Shown here in pieces: positions 1 through 10,162 of a stretch of 42,150 nucleotides of DNA. The stretch covers positions 1-42,150 of the forward strand of contig JANLSU010000099.1 in NCBI GenBank assembly GCA_031362565.1, read 5' to 3'. The translations under genes were made by a program, and so were the position numbers. The number at the start of each line of letters is the position of its first letter. Within the stretch, counting starts at the first letter, position 1. Origin of the DNA: a bacterium. Lineage in GTDB: Bacteria > Krumholzibacteriota > Krumholzibacteriia > G020349025. Under the pieces are notes generated by a model, which worked only from the letters and a program-made list of their open reading frames with translations, searched no databases and was not told the origin of the DNA.

Positions 1-342
1 CGACGCATCGAGGTTGAGATTTGCGCCCAGAAAATCGAGTTCCTCCGCCAGTTGTTCGGCGGTGTAGCGATCGGTGCCCTTGCGCAGCATCGACATCGTG
101 ACGTCCGCCAACCCCTCCTTGCCCGCGGGATCCGCGATCGAGCCGGCCGGAAACGTCAGGTCGAGGTTGACGACCGGAACTTCGTGCTGTTCGAGGAGCA
201 GTAACGTCAGGCCGTTCGCCAACGTCGTACGCGCGTACTGCGGCACGAGTTCGGCCGCCGGTTCGCCGAGGGCCGGATGGGCAAAGAGCGCCGCACTGCA
301 CAACAGGAGCGCCACGGTGAGTAAGGTTGACCTGCGGTTCAT
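1..342 (-). CDS. M16 (insulinase/pitrilysin) family peptidase-like protein, non-catalytic partner subunit; runs off the window
   Basis: Not in the ORF track. Manual translation: MNRRSTLLTVALLLCSAALFAHPALG (signal peptide)...RTTLANGLTLLLLEQHEVPVVNLDLTFPAGSIADPAGKEGLADVTMSMLRKGT, a typical M16 N-terminus without HxxEH. ATG overlaps the upstream TGA (ATGA). Confidence 0.85.
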   Translation of the reverse strand, partial: MNRRSTLLTVALLLCSAALFAHPALGEPAAELVPQYARTTLANGLTLLLLEQHEVPVVNLDLTFPAGSIADPAGKEGLADVTMSMLRKGTDRYTAEQLAEELDFLGANLNLDAS

Positions 343-1721
343 CGGCTGCCTCCCGTGGTGGCGCCCGCGGTGCTAGGCGCAGAGTCGGTCTTGCGGTTGT
401 CCTTTTCGGGCACGAGTGTCGTGACGGTGCGGTTGCGATCCGTGAAATACGTCTTCGCGACGCGCTGCACATCCGCCGCCGTCACCTTCTCATACTGCTG
501 CACCGTGGTCGCGAATGCCTTCGGGTCCCCGAAATACACATCCGAACGGCCGAGCAGCTCCGCCTTGCCGGCGATCGTCTGCATACGCCGGTAGAAGTCG
601 GCGGCGAGCTGGTTCTTGGCCTTCTGCAGCTCGTGTTCGCTCGGCGCTTCCTTCCCGAGCCGGTCCAACTCGTCGTACACCAGTGCTTCGCAGTTCGACG
701 TCGGCACTCCCGACTTGGCTTGCACGAAGACCTGGAACAGCGTCGGGTCGAGCGCGTGCTGGAAGCCGCCATCAACGGAGAGTGCCGCCTGCTCGCGTTC
801 GACGAGCCGCCGCCACAGGCGTGACGACTCGCCTTGCAAGAGCAACGCTTCGGCGACCCGCAGCGGCCAGTAGTCGGCATGCGCGGTCGCCGGAATGTGC
901 CAGCTCGAAACGAACTGCGCTAGCTCGGCCGTCTTGTGAAACTCCACCCGCCGTTCGCCCTGTTGCTCGGGCTCGGTCGTCGTGACCGGCAGCGGCGCCG
1001 GGCCACGCGGCACGATCTCGATGTATTGCTTGAAGAGCGGCCGCACTTCCTCGGGCGTGAAGTCGCCGACCAGCACCATGGTGGCATTGTTGGGTGCGTA
1101 GTACGTCTCGAAGTATTTCCGCAAATCAGCGATCTTCCAATGCTCGATGTCCACCATCCAACCGATCACCGGCCACTGGTAGGGATGCGCCTTGTAGGCG
1201 GCAGCCCAGTTCTCTTCGTCGATGAGCCGCGAGTTGTTGTCCTCGACCGAGCGCCGGCGCTCCGACGCCACAACGCCGCGTTCGCTCTGTACCGATGTCG
1301 AATCGATCGCCAGCCAGCCGATGCGATCCGATTCCAGTTTGAAGATCGTTTCGAGTGCCGAGCGTGGAAACCAGTCCTGATACACCGTAATGTCCTGCTC
1401 GGTATAGGCATTGTTGGCGCCGCCGGCCGCTTCCATCGTGCGGTCGAGTTCGCCCGGACCGTAGTTGCGCGATCCCAGGAACATCATGTGTTCGAAGAAA
1501 TGCGACAGGCCGGTGATCCCGGGGCGCTCGTTGCGGGATCCGACGCGGAAGAAGGTATAGAGCGCCAGGTTGGGAATCGAATGGTCGGGCCACATGACGA
1601 TCTTCATGCCGTTCCCGAGCGTTTCGGTCGTGATCTCGTTCGGGTCGAGGGCGCGCGCCGGGTGCGCGGCGAGGCCCAGGGTCAGAACGGCGACTGCGAT
1701 GGCGGGGCCAACGACGCGCAT
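339..1721 (-). CDS. M16 family zinc peptidase, catalytic subunit, exported
   Basis: HFFEH inverted zinc motif, NAYT, ERGVVASERR. Start placed at ATG 1721 behind GAAGGAG; signal peptide follows. Confidence 0.92.
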   Translation of the reverse strand: MRVVGPAIAVAVLTLGLAAHPARALDPNEITTETLGNGMKIVMWPDHSIPNLALYTFFRVGSRNERPGITGLSHFFEHMMFLGSRNYGPGELDRTMEAAGGANNAYTEQDITVYQDWFPRSALETIFKLESDRIGWLAIDSTSVQSERGVVASERRRSVEDNNSRLIDEENWAAAYKAHPYQWPVIGWMVDIEHWKIADLRKYFETYYAPNNATMVLVGDFTPEEVRPLFKQYIEIVPRGPAPLPVTTTEPEQQGERRVEFHKTAELAQFVSSWHIPATAHADYWPLRVAEALLLQGESSRLWRRLVEREQAALSVDGGFQHALDPTLFQVFVQAKSGVPTSNCEALVYDELDRLGKEAPSEHELQKAKNQLAADFYRRMQTIAGKAELLGRSDVYFGDPKAFATTVQQYEKVTAADVQRVAKTYFTDRNRTVTTLVPEKDNRKTDSAPSTAGATTGGSR

Positions 1722-1881
1722 GAGTCTCCTTCGGGTACGCCGGGCCGCCATGCCGAAGGCCCGCAAGATGTCGGCGTAAAAGGCGCGGCCTGGACGTCAC
1801 GGGTGGCGCGCCAGGCGAGGATGCGGCAATATAGCACCGCCGCCGAGTGGGGCGCCACGTTGGAATGAGGACGACCAAGCC

Positions 1882-3222
1882 ATGATCGTGATGAAATTCG
1901 GCGGCACCTCGGTGGGGTCGCCCGGTGCCTTTGAAAACGCCATGACACTCGTCGCGCGGGCTCTGCCGCGTGATCCGGTCGTGGTCGTGAGCGCACTGGC
2001 CGGCGTCACCGACTTGCTCGTCCGCTTCGGGCGCGAACCGGCGTCCCGCCACGAACTCGCGGCACGCATCGTCGACCGGCATCGCGGCTTGGTTCGTGAG
2101 CTCGAGTTGCCGGAGCATCTGCTGGAACCGCTCTGGGAGACCTTCGGCGCCGAGGCCGCAGCGCCGGGTGTGTTGGACGCACGGGCGCAGGATCGCGTCT
2201 TGTCCTGGGGCGAGCGTTTGTCGGCGGTGCTGTTCGCCGCCGGGCTCGAGCGTCACGGCGTCGCAGCGCGCGCCGTTGTAGCGGGTGACGCGGGTCTGGT
2301 AACGGACGAGCGCTTCGGTGCGGCGCATCCATTGCCGGAATCGCAGGCGCTTTTGCGTGCGGCGCTCGCGGCACGTCCGCCGGTGCCGGTCGTGACCGGT
2401 TTCATCGGCCGCACTCGCGCCGGGGACACCACAACGCTCGGGCGTGGCGGATCGGACTTCACGGCGGCGCTTCTAGGCGCGGCGCTCGGCGCCGACGAAA
2501 TCCAAATTTGGACCGACACGAGCGGGATGATGTCGGCCGACCCGCGCATCGTGCCGGAAGCACGCCCCGTGGCGCGATTGTCGTTCACCGAAGCCGCCGA
2601 GCTGGCGTATTTCGGCGCCAAGGTGTTACACCCGAAGACGATCTTGCCGGCGGTCGAGCGCGGGATTCCGGTGCGCGTTCTGAACACGCAGCGGCCGGAC
2701 GACCCGGGATCGCTCATCGCTGCCGATACCGACACCTCCGAAGCTCACTGGCGCGTGAAGTCGATCGCCTGCAAGAAGGGCATCACGTCGGTGACGGTGG
2801 AATCAACTCGCATGCTCTTGGCGCACGGATTTCTGGCGCGGGTGTTCGATATTTTCGGACGGCACCACGTCGCCGTCGATCTCGTGACCACGTCGGAAGT
2901 GTCGATCTCGCTGACGATCGACGACACACGGGCGCTCGAGGACGCGGTCGCGGAACTGGAAGCGATCGGCCATGTAGCCGTGAAGCGCGACCTCGCCGTC
3001 ATCTCCGTCGTCGGGCAGGGTGCGGCGACCCGTACCGGGCTCGCGGGCCATTTGTTCACGCTTTTGGGCGGCGTCAACATCGGGATCGAGATGATTTCGC
3101 AGGGCGCCTCGCGCATCAACTTGAGTTTCGTCGTGCAGGAACAGGATGCCGATCGCGCCGTCCGCCTGCTGCACCGTGGACTAGGGCTGGACGCACCGGC
3201 GGCCGGCGCCGGCAACGAATAG
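1882..3222 (+). CDS. lysC: Aspartate kinase with two ACT domains
   Basis: MKFGGTSV, TTLGRGGSDFTA, WTDTSGMMSADPR, ELAYFGAKVLHP, VDLVTTSEVSIS. Confidence 0.95.
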   Translation: MIVMKFGGTSVGSPGAFENAMTLVARALPRDPVVVVSALAGVTDLLVRFGREPASRHELAARIVDRHRGLVRELELPEHLLEPLWETFGAEAAAPGVLDARAQDRVLSWGERLSAVLFAAGLERHGVAARAVVAGDAGLVTDERFGAAHPLPESQALLRAALAARPPVPVVTGFIGRTRAGDTTTLGRGGSDFTAALLGAALGADEIQIWTDTSGMMSADPRIVPEARPVARLSFTEAAELAYFGAKVLHPKTILPAVERGIPVRVLNTQRPDDPGSLIAADTDTSEAHWRVKSIACKKGITSVTVESTRMLLAHGFLARVFDIFGRHHVAVDLVTTSEVSISLTIDDTRALEDAVAELEAIGHVAVKRDLAVISVVGQGAATRTGLAGHLFTLLGGVNIGIEMISQGASRINLSFVVQEQDADRAVRLLHRGLGLDAPAAGAGNE

Positions 3223-3269
3223 CGCGCTCTGGCGCGTGCATCCTCGACGCTTCGGAAGGAAGGACGCTC

Positions 3270-5615
3270 ATGTCTCGCGCTCGCCGCAACAAAACGCTTC
3301 TTGCTGGGTTCGCTCTGATGTTGGTTTGCAGTGGGGCCGCCGCCGCCGGCGCGGCGCCGCTGTTCGAGGCGCGATTCTTGGCCGCGAATGTCGAGACGCA
3401 AACGCAGTCGATCGCAATCGGCGACTTGAACGGCGATCACAACCTCGATCTCGTCTTGACCCATCACGGTACCGGGGAATCGCCGCAGGACAGCCTAGTG
3501 CGCGTCATGCTCGGGGACGGCAAGGGTGGGTTCACGTTCAAGAGCGACTACAAGGTGGGTGCGGCGCCGTTCGCGGTGACGATCGCCGACCTGAATCGCG
3601 ACGGCATCCAAGATGTCGTGGTCGGCAACTCGGGTGCGAAGTCGGTGTCGATTCTCTACGGCACGGGGGACGGCACCTTGCGGCCGGGCCTGCGCCTCGC
3701 GGCCGGCAATCGTCCGATCTCCATCGTCGCGGAGGATTTCGACCGCGACCATCGGATGGATCTGGCCATCGTCAACATGGGCAACGGCGCGCGGCGGCCG
3801 GCCGGGCTGCAAGCCTTGGCGAGTGGCGCCGACAGCGTCAAGACGGACTCGAGCAGTGTGACGCTTTGGTATGGCAGCGGCAGTAAACCGGGCGGCACAC
3901 CGCCGCGGCGTGCGACCGGCAAAGGATCCGCGGCGCGCGCCAAGGGTGCGGTGGGTACCGGCGGCGGCGAGACGAGCGCCGCATTTCGCCGTGCTACGGA
4001 ACTCGATGGCGGCTGGCAGCCCGTGGCGGCTGTTCCTTGCGATTGGAACGCCGACGGCACGACCGATCTCGTGATTGCCGAGCGCGGGCAATCGGCGCTA
4101 GCCATCTGGCCTGGAAAGGCGAATGGCGGATTCGGGACGGCGCAAGAATTCGACACGCCGGGCGAACCGCTCGATGTCGTTGTTGGCGATGTCGATCACG
4201 ACGGCCACGCTGATGCCGTCGCCGTCATCGCCTCCACCGATCGAGGCAAACCGGGTTGGTGCTTGTTCGTACTGCGTGGCGGCGCGAGCCCGGCGCCGCT
4301 TGCACCCGTGTGGCACGGGGCCGGGGCGGTGTTCCGCCTGCAGCTCGCCGACCTCGACCGCGATGGCAAGGTCGACGTCGTGGCGTTGGGGCGCCAAGGT
4401 ATCGTGACCATGCACGGCGCGGGCGATGGAACATTCGGCGATCCGCAGACGGTGCGGATCGATCTCGGCGGTGCCTTTGCGGTCGGGCGCATCGATGATG
4501 ACGAGATTCCCGATGTTATCGCCGCCAATCCGCAGGGCTTTTCGGTGGCAATTCTGCGCGGCAATGCCGATGGGTCGTTGGGTGGCGGGCGCAGCTTCGA
4601 AACCGGTATGAGTCCGAACGGTGTCACCACGATGGACTTGAATGGCGACGGCCGGCTCGATCTTGTCGTCTGCAACGGCGGCGGTACGACTCTGACGCTT
4701 TTCCTGTCGCAAAAGAGCGGCGGTTTCGCGCCGCGCCAAGAGGTGACGGTGGGCGATGGCCCGCTGTTCACAGCATGCGGCGATTTGGACGGCGATGGCG
4801 ACAACGACATTGCCGTGGCGCTCGTACAAGGCAAGGCGAGCATGCTCTCGATGCTGCGCAACCATGGCGATGGAACCTTCGACCCCAAGGCCGACATCGC
4901 AATTGGTGTCGATCCGGTGCGCATCGATCTCGTGGACATCAATGGCGATCACAAGCTCGACTGGTTGGTGCCGCGCGCCACGACCCCGGAAGTCTTGCTC
5001 TACATGGGCAAGGGCGATGGAACGGTGTTGCCGGCGCGCCGCGTTGCAACGCCGCACCTCGTGTACGTGTCCGTGACCGGCGATCTGAACGGCGACGGGA
5101 AGCCCGATTTCGTCGTCGCCGATCCGCGCAAGGGTGCGGCGACGGCGTTCCTCGGTTCGGGTGACGGAAACTTCACGCCGGCGCCGTCTTTCCGGCCGCG
5201 CATCGAGCCCGCGGCGCTGGCGATCGCCGATGTCAACGGCGACGGCAAGGCGGATCTCATCATTGGCGGGAAGCGTTCGTCTGGGGTGGGCAACGTTCTC
5301 GCGGGTATGGGGGATGGCACGTTCGGACAGCGCGTCGATATTTCGCTGTCCCCAGGCGCCGGATCGATCACGCTTGCCGACGTGAATGGCGATGGCAAAC
5401 TGGATCTCCTGGCACCGGATGCACAAGCTTCGGCGGTCACGGTGTCGCTGCACGGTGCCGGCACCGGCTTCGAACCGCACCTCGACTTCGGCACCGGGCC
5501 CGATCCGAGTGCGATTGCGGTCGGCGACTTCGATGGGGACGGACACCTCGATCTCGCCGTCACCAACCGGCAGGGGAACACCCTGACGCTCGTTCTGGGG
5601 CGTGTGGCCCCGTAA
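3270..5615 (+). CDS. Exported FG-GAP/VCBS repeat protein (14 Ca-binding repeats)
   Basis: 14 DxxxDxxxD-type repeats (e.g. GDLNGDHNLD...GDFDGDGHLD). ATG 3270 behind GGAAGGAAGGA; signal peptide. The upstream part of ORF 2508 is a lysC shadow. Confidence 0.88.
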   Translation: MSRARRNKTLLAGFALMLVCSGAAAAGAAPLFEARFLAANVETQTQSIAIGDLNGDHNLDLVLTHHGTGESPQDSLVRVMLGDGKGGFTFKSDYKVGAAPFAVTIADLNRDGIQDVVVGNSGAKSVSILYGTGDGTLRPGLRLAAGNRPISIVAEDFDRDHRMDLAIVNMGNGARRPAGLQALASGADSVKTDSSSVTLWYGSGSKPGGTPPRRATGKGSAARAKGAVGTGGGETSAAFRRATELDGGWQPVAAVPCDWNADGTTDLVIAERGQSALAIWPGKANGGFGTAQEFDTPGEPLDVVVGDVDHDGHADAVAVIASTDRGKPGWCLFVLRGGASPAPLAPVWHGAGAVFRLQLADLDRDGKVDVVALGRQGIVTMHGAGDGTFGDPQTVRIDLGGAFAVGRIDDDEIPDVIAANPQGFSVAILRGNADGSLGGGRSFETGMSPNGVTTMDLNGDGRLDLVVCNGGGTTLTLFLSQKSGGFAPRQEVTVGDGPLFTACGDLDGDGDNDIAVALVQGKASMLSMLRNHGDGTFDPKADIAIGVDPVRIDLVDINGDHKLDWLVPRATTPEVLLYMGKGDGTVLPARRVATPHLVYVSVTGDLNGDGKPDFVVADPRKGAATAFLGSGDGNFTPAPSFRPRIEPAALAIADVNGDGKADLIIGGKRSSGVGNVLAGMGDGTFGQRVDISLSPGAGSITLADVNGDGKLDLLAPDAQASAVTVSLHGAGTGFEPHLDFGTGPDPSAIAVGDFDGDGHLDLAVTNRQGNTLTLVLGRVAP

Positions 5616-5800
5616 AGAACGCGACGCCATTGACCGCGCGCACCGGTGAGGCCTACGCTCATCGCAACCGCGCGGACCCGATGTCTGCCCCCCCAAACGG
5701 GGTTCGGCGCGAACTACAACCTCGCGCCCCGGCGCGTTCGCTCGACTTGGCAGTGCCGACGCCCCCTTCGGCACGAGTCCGTCAGCGTGGAATCGACACG

Positions 5801-8317
5801 ATGCTTGATCGCGCATGCCACGGACGCCGGCTCGTTCATGCCTTCCTCTGGTTGGTATTGCTTTGCGGGCCGCTGCGCGTTGCGAACGCTCAGCCGAACG
5901 TCGTCGGTCAATGGTCGGCGCCCGCATCGTGGCCGCTCAGCGCCTCGCACGCGGCATTGATGGCCGATGGACGCGTTCTCCTGTGGAGCGACCAGAGTGG
6001 CGTCACACCACGGCTTTGGAATCCCACCGCGAATGGCTTTGCGACGGTCGCCGCCATCAACACGAACCTCGCAGGCTCGGCGCAGGCGGGCCAGGCGGAC
6101 GGGACGTTGGCGATTCTCGGCGGACATGACGTGACCGGCGCCGGCACGCACGATGCGCATCGCTTCGACGTCGTTGCGAACACCTGGACCTCATTGCCAT
6201 TTCTGACCGAGCCGCGCAACGAACCGGCGGCCATCCTGCTTGGCGATGGCCGGTTGTTCACGCTGTCGGGCGAACGGCTGCCGGGACAACCGACGGACGT
6301 TGCCGAAGCGCTCGTTGCGGGGAGTGGTGCGTGGATCCCGTTCAGCAATGCGCCGCTGGCCTTGCCGCGCACGCCTTGGAGTTTCTGGCTCTCCACCGGT
6401 GATCTCTTGGTGGCGGGGCCGGACGCATCGACGCGCCGGTTCGACTCGGACACGAGTTCCTGGTTCGCGGTGTCGAACCTGCTGGCAGGAACCCGCGATG
6501 CCGGCAGTGCGCTTCTCTTGCCGGGCGCACCGAACCGATTCCTGGTGACGGGCGGGCGGAATCCGGCGGTTGCAACCTGCGAAGTGCTCGACCTGAATAC
6601 CACGACGAGCTGGGCATGGACCGGCAGCATGGCGCGGGCGCGACGCTTTCACAACGCGACGATCTTGGCGGACGGCACAGTGCTCGTAACCGGCGGCACC
6701 CTGCTGGATGACGCGCTGGATCAAGCCGTGTACAGCGCCGAGCGCTACTCGGCGACGAGCGGCACGTGGACGACGCAGGCGAGCATGACCGTGCCGCGCC
6801 GGCGCGCTTCGGTGGCGTTGCTCTTGCCGGATGCGCGCGTTCTTTGCACTGGCGGCGGTGACGGCACGCCGGGTTCGGAGACGCACGCCGACGCGGAGAT
6901 TTTTTCGCCGCCGTATCTGTTCCTGGGTTCGCGGCCGGTGATCACCACGGCGCCGGCGAGCCTCGTGTACGGCAGCCAGTTCAGCGTCGATTCACCGCAA
7001 GCCGCCGATGTGAGTGACGTGTGGCTCGTGCGGGCCGGCACCGTGACGCGTGGTTTCAACGGCGACCAACGAGCGGTGCCGCTTGCCTTCACCGCCGTTC
7101 CCGGCCGCCTGACGGTGACCTGTCCGACCGATCCCAATGCCGCACCGCCCGGAACGTACATGTTGTTCTTGGTCGATGATGCGGGTGCTCCGTCGATCGC
7201 CACCATGACCCGCTTGCAACCGGGCGTCGTGGTGCCGATCCAGCCGACGATCACCTCGACGGCACCTACGACCACCACGGTGGGCGTGCAGTTCACGTAT
7301 GTGCCGGCCGCGAGCGGCACGATGCCGATGACGTGGAGTCTGGTCACCAACCCCGGTTGGCTTGCGATCAGTCCGTCGACGGGCGCGATTGCGGGTCTGC
7401 CGCTGGTTACGGGGCCGGCTTCGATCCGATTGCGGGCCACGAATGCCGGTGGATTTGCGGACCAGGCCTGGACGCTGAATGTGGTGAGCGCGATTTCGGT
7501 GCGGACCGTGATCCCCTTGGGTGCAACCTGGCGCTATTTCAAGGGCACCACCAACCCGGCCGCCACGTGGGCGACGATTGGGTTCAATGATGCGTCGTGG
7601 CTGCAGGGGCCGAGCGGCTTCGGTTTCGGAGACAACGACGACGCGACGGTGCTCTCGGACATGGTCAACGTCTATTCGACGGTGTTCACGCGCAAGGCGT
7701 TCAATTTCTACAATGTCAACACGGTCAGCAAGGTATCGATCCTGTACGAGTACGACGACGGACTCGCGGTGTACCTGAACGGCACGCGCATTCTGGCGCA
7801 GAATGCGCCGGCGACGATCGTCAACACCAGCCTGGCGACTAGTTCGCACGAAGCGACACTGAACCTCATCCGGCAGGACTTCACCAACGCGGCGACGCGG
7901 GCACTGCTCGTGAACGGGGCGAACGTCCTCGCTGCCGTGGGACTCAACAACAGCCTATCGAGCAGCGATCTGACGCTCAAGGTGACGCTCGAGCTGACCG
8001 GTGGTACCGACACGCCGGTGGATGCGGCCCCGCCGATGACGGAGGCGTTTGCCCCCGGCGTGCATCCGAATCCGTTCACGTCGCAGGCGGCGGTGCGCTT
8101 TGCGACAACGCGTTTCGGCACGGCGACGCTGCGCGTCTACGACCCCGCCGGCCATTTGGTGCGCGAAATTGGCGCGCCTGGCCTGGGCGCTGGCCCGCAC
8201 GAGATCCTCTGGGACGGCCGCGATCGAACCGGTGCCAACATGCCGCCCGGCGTGTATCTTTACCGCCTCACGGCACCGGGTCAGGACCACCGCGGCAAGC
8301 TGACGCACACGCGGTAG
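5801..8317 (+). CDS. Exported galactose-oxidase-fold (Kelch + DUF1929) protein with Ig-like domain, jelly-roll domain and C-terminal FlgD-Ig tail; copper ligands absent
   Basis: GQWS start of propeller, Kelch DGRVL/DGTVLVTGG repeats, AEIFSPPYLF..RPVI, APPGTYMLF, He_PIG-like Ig, WRY..NDASW..G..GFG domain, PNPF..WDGRD tail. Confidence 0.85.
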   Translation: MLDRACHGRRLVHAFLWLVLLCGPLRVANAQPNVVGQWSAPASWPLSASHAALMADGRVLLWSDQSGVTPRLWNPTANGFATVAAINTNLAGSAQAGQADGTLAILGGHDVTGAGTHDAHRFDVVANTWTSLPFLTEPRNEPAAILLGDGRLFTLSGERLPGQPTDVAEALVAGSGAWIPFSNAPLALPRTPWSFWLSTGDLLVAGPDASTRRFDSDTSSWFAVSNLLAGTRDAGSALLLPGAPNRFLVTGGRNPAVATCEVLDLNTTTSWAWTGSMARARRFHNATILADGTVLVTGGTLLDDALDQAVYSAERYSATSGTWTTQASMTVPRRRASVALLLPDARVLCTGGGDGTPGSETHADAEIFSPPYLFLGSRPVITTAPASLVYGSQFSVDSPQAADVSDVWLVRAGTVTRGFNGDQRAVPLAFTAVPGRLTVTCPTDPNAAPPGTYMLFLVDDAGAPSIATMTRLQPGVVVPIQPTITSTAPTTTTVGVQFTYVPAASGTMPMTWSLVTNPGWLAISPSTGAIAGLPLVTGPASIRLRATNAGGFADQAWTLNVVSAISVRTVIPLGATWRYFKGTTNPAATWATIGFNDASWLQGPSGFGFGDNDDATVLSDMVNVYSTVFTRKAFNFYNVNTVSKVSILYEYDDGLAVYLNGTRILAQNAPATIVNTSLATSSHEATLNLIRQDFTNAATRALLVNGANVLAAVGLNNSLSSSDLTLKVTLELTGGTDTPVDAAPPMTEAFAPGVHPNPFTSQAAVRFATTRFGTATLRVYDPAGHLVREIGAPGLGAGPHEILWDGRDRTGANMPPGVYLYRLTAPGQDHRGKLTHTR

Positions 8318-8343
8318 TCGCTGCCCCGAAAGGGAGCAGGACG

Positions 8344-9525
8344 ATGGACGCGGGCAAACTGCGCGCCTGGTGGTGGCACCGGCAAGGACTCGACGGGTCG
8401 CTCAGGCGCAAGTCGCCGGCCGCGATTCTCGAACACAGCGGCTGGGCGCGATCGGTGGGCGGTGTCGGGCCCTACCTGACTCTGTTCTCGCGCGGCGGGG
8501 TGAGCCGCGCCGCTTGCGATGCCGCAGTTGCCAACCTCGAAATCCACGAACTTCCGTCGGCGCGTGGCTGCACCTACGTGCTGCCGGCAAGCGACTATGC
8601 GCTCGGTTTGCGCGTCGGCGCGGCGTTCAACGGCGACATGAAGATGGCGGTCAAGGTCGGAGTGACGGAAAAAGAAATCGCCGCTTTGTGCGTTGCGGTC
8701 GTAAAGGCACTCAGCAAGGGTCCGCTCGATCCCGAAGGCATCCGGAGCGCTACGGGTGCCGCATCTCGCAACCTCGGTGAAGCCGGCAAGAAGAAGGGGC
8801 TGACGACGACCCTGCCGCTCGCACTCGGCAAGCTGCAGACCGAAGGCAAGATCCGGCGCGTGCCCACGAACGGCCGGCTCGATCAGCAGCGCTATCAGTA
8901 CGCGGCGTGGAAGCCGAACCCGCTCGACAAGTACGCATTGGCGGCCGATGCAGCGTACGTCGAGCTCGCGCGGCGGTATTTCCACTGGGCGGGCCCGGCG
9001 ACCGCAACCGAGTTCAAATGGTTCTCGGGGTTGGGCGTCAACGCCGCCAAGGCGGCGCTCGAGCCGCTCGGTCTCGAACCGTTGGAAAAAGGCAGCGACC
9101 GCCTCATTCTGCCCGCCGATCGCACCGCAATCGCGCGTTTCGTGCCGCCCGAAGAGCCGCAGTATGCGCTCGTCAGCAGCATCGATGCATTGTTGTTGCT
9201 CCGGCGTGATCTCGCGAGTCTGATCGACACCAAGGATCGTGAGCGCAAGGTGGCCGGCGACAAGGTCATTGTGCCGTTGGGCGGCCTCATGGACCTGCCG
9301 AGCCATGCGATCTTCGACCGCGGCCGCTTGGTGGGCCTGTGGGAATACGACATGGATGCACAATCGATCGCCTGGACTGCATGGGTGAAAGACAAGTCGT
9401 TGCCCGAAGTCGTCGCGCGCACCGAAGCCTTCGTGCGCGACCAGCTCGGTGACGCCCGCTCGTTCTCCCTCGACAGCCCCAAGAGCCGCCTGCCGCGCAT
9501 CGCCGCGCTTCGCGCCGCGAAGTAG
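8344..9525 (+). CDS. Winged-helix HTH_42 / AlkZ-like DNA glycosylase family protein
   Basis: PYLTLFSR, RGCTYVLP, ELARRYFHWAGPATATEFKWFSGL and C-terminal IFDRGRLVGLW match the family layout; RBS GGGAG. Confidence 0.75.
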   Translation: MDAGKLRAWWWHRQGLDGSLRRKSPAAILEHSGWARSVGGVGPYLTLFSRGGVSRAACDAAVANLEIHELPSARGCTYVLPASDYALGLRVGAAFNGDMKMAVKVGVTEKEIAALCVAVVKALSKGPLDPEGIRSATGAASRNLGEAGKKKGLTTTLPLALGKLQTEGKIRRVPTNGRLDQQRYQYAAWKPNPLDKYALAADAAYVELARRYFHWAGPATATEFKWFSGLGVNAAKAALEPLGLEPLEKGSDRLILPADRTAIARFVPPEEPQYALVSSIDALLLLRRDLASLIDTKDRERKVAGDKVIVPLGGLMDLPSHAIFDRGRLVGLWEYDMDAQSIAWTAWVKDKSLPEVVARTEAFVRDQLGDARSFSLDSPKSRLPRIAALRAAK

Positions 9526-9625
9526 TTCCATTGCGAGACTCGGTTCCGGGTCCTCGCCCAGCCACTTGCTCCGCTCAGCCCTTTGGTGCGAAGTTGAACG
9601 CAATCGCCGTTCGGAGGTCCTCGGG

Positions 9626-10162
9626 TTGCAAGTCTGGATGCTGGCCGCGCTCGCCGCTGCGGTGCTTTTTCTAGTTTTCTTGGTCACCGCGCGGATTCTG
9701 GGCGCGCGCCTGCCCGTCGCGCACGTGGCGCGCGTGCGCGGCGCGTACCGTCAGGAACCGCAGGCGATCTGGGACTGCGTGACGCGGGTGTCGGCGGCGG
9801 CCAATTGGCGGTCGGGCCTGAAGCAGGTCGAGCGGCTCCCCGATCGCGACGGCCATCCGGTCTGGGTGGAGGTGAGCCGCCGCGGACGGTTGACGCTCGT
9901 GTTCGAAACCATGGAGGCGCCGCGCCGGCTCGTCACCCGCATCGCGGACGACAAGCTGCCGTTTGGTGGCACGTGGACTTTCGAGATTGCACCGGCGCCG
10001 CAGGGTTGCACGCTCACCATCACCGAAGACGGTGAGATCTACGGGCCAATGTTCCGCTTCATGGCCCACCATGTATTCGGGTACCACACGATGCAGACGC
10101 GGTACCTGCGGGACCTGGGCAAGAAATTCGGTGAGACGACGCAGCCGGAGCGGCTACCGTGA
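9626..10162 (+). CDS. SRPBCC/polyketide-cyclase family protein with N-terminal membrane anchor
   Basis: TTG start 8 nt after GGAGG; hydrophobic N-terminus; LPVAHVA, LPFGGTWTFEI, LTITEDGEIY. Confidence 0.8.
   Translation: MQVWMLAALAAAVLFLVFLVTARILGARLPVAHVARVRGAYRQEPQAIWDCVTRVSAAANWRSGLKQVERLPDRDGHPVWVEVSRRGRLTLVFETMEAPRRLVTRIADDKLPFGGTWTFEIAPAPQGCTLTITEDGEIYGPMFRFMAHHVFGYHTMQTRYLRDLGKKFGETTQPERLP

Noticed and set aside
1767..1881. Possible lysine riboswitch ahead of lysC
   Set aside because: The divergent intergenic gap is too short and shows no recognisable L-box structure.
2508..3269. N-terminal extension of the 1035-aa ORF
   Set aside because: It is an off-frame shadow of lysC; the real start with RBS and signal peptide is at 3270.
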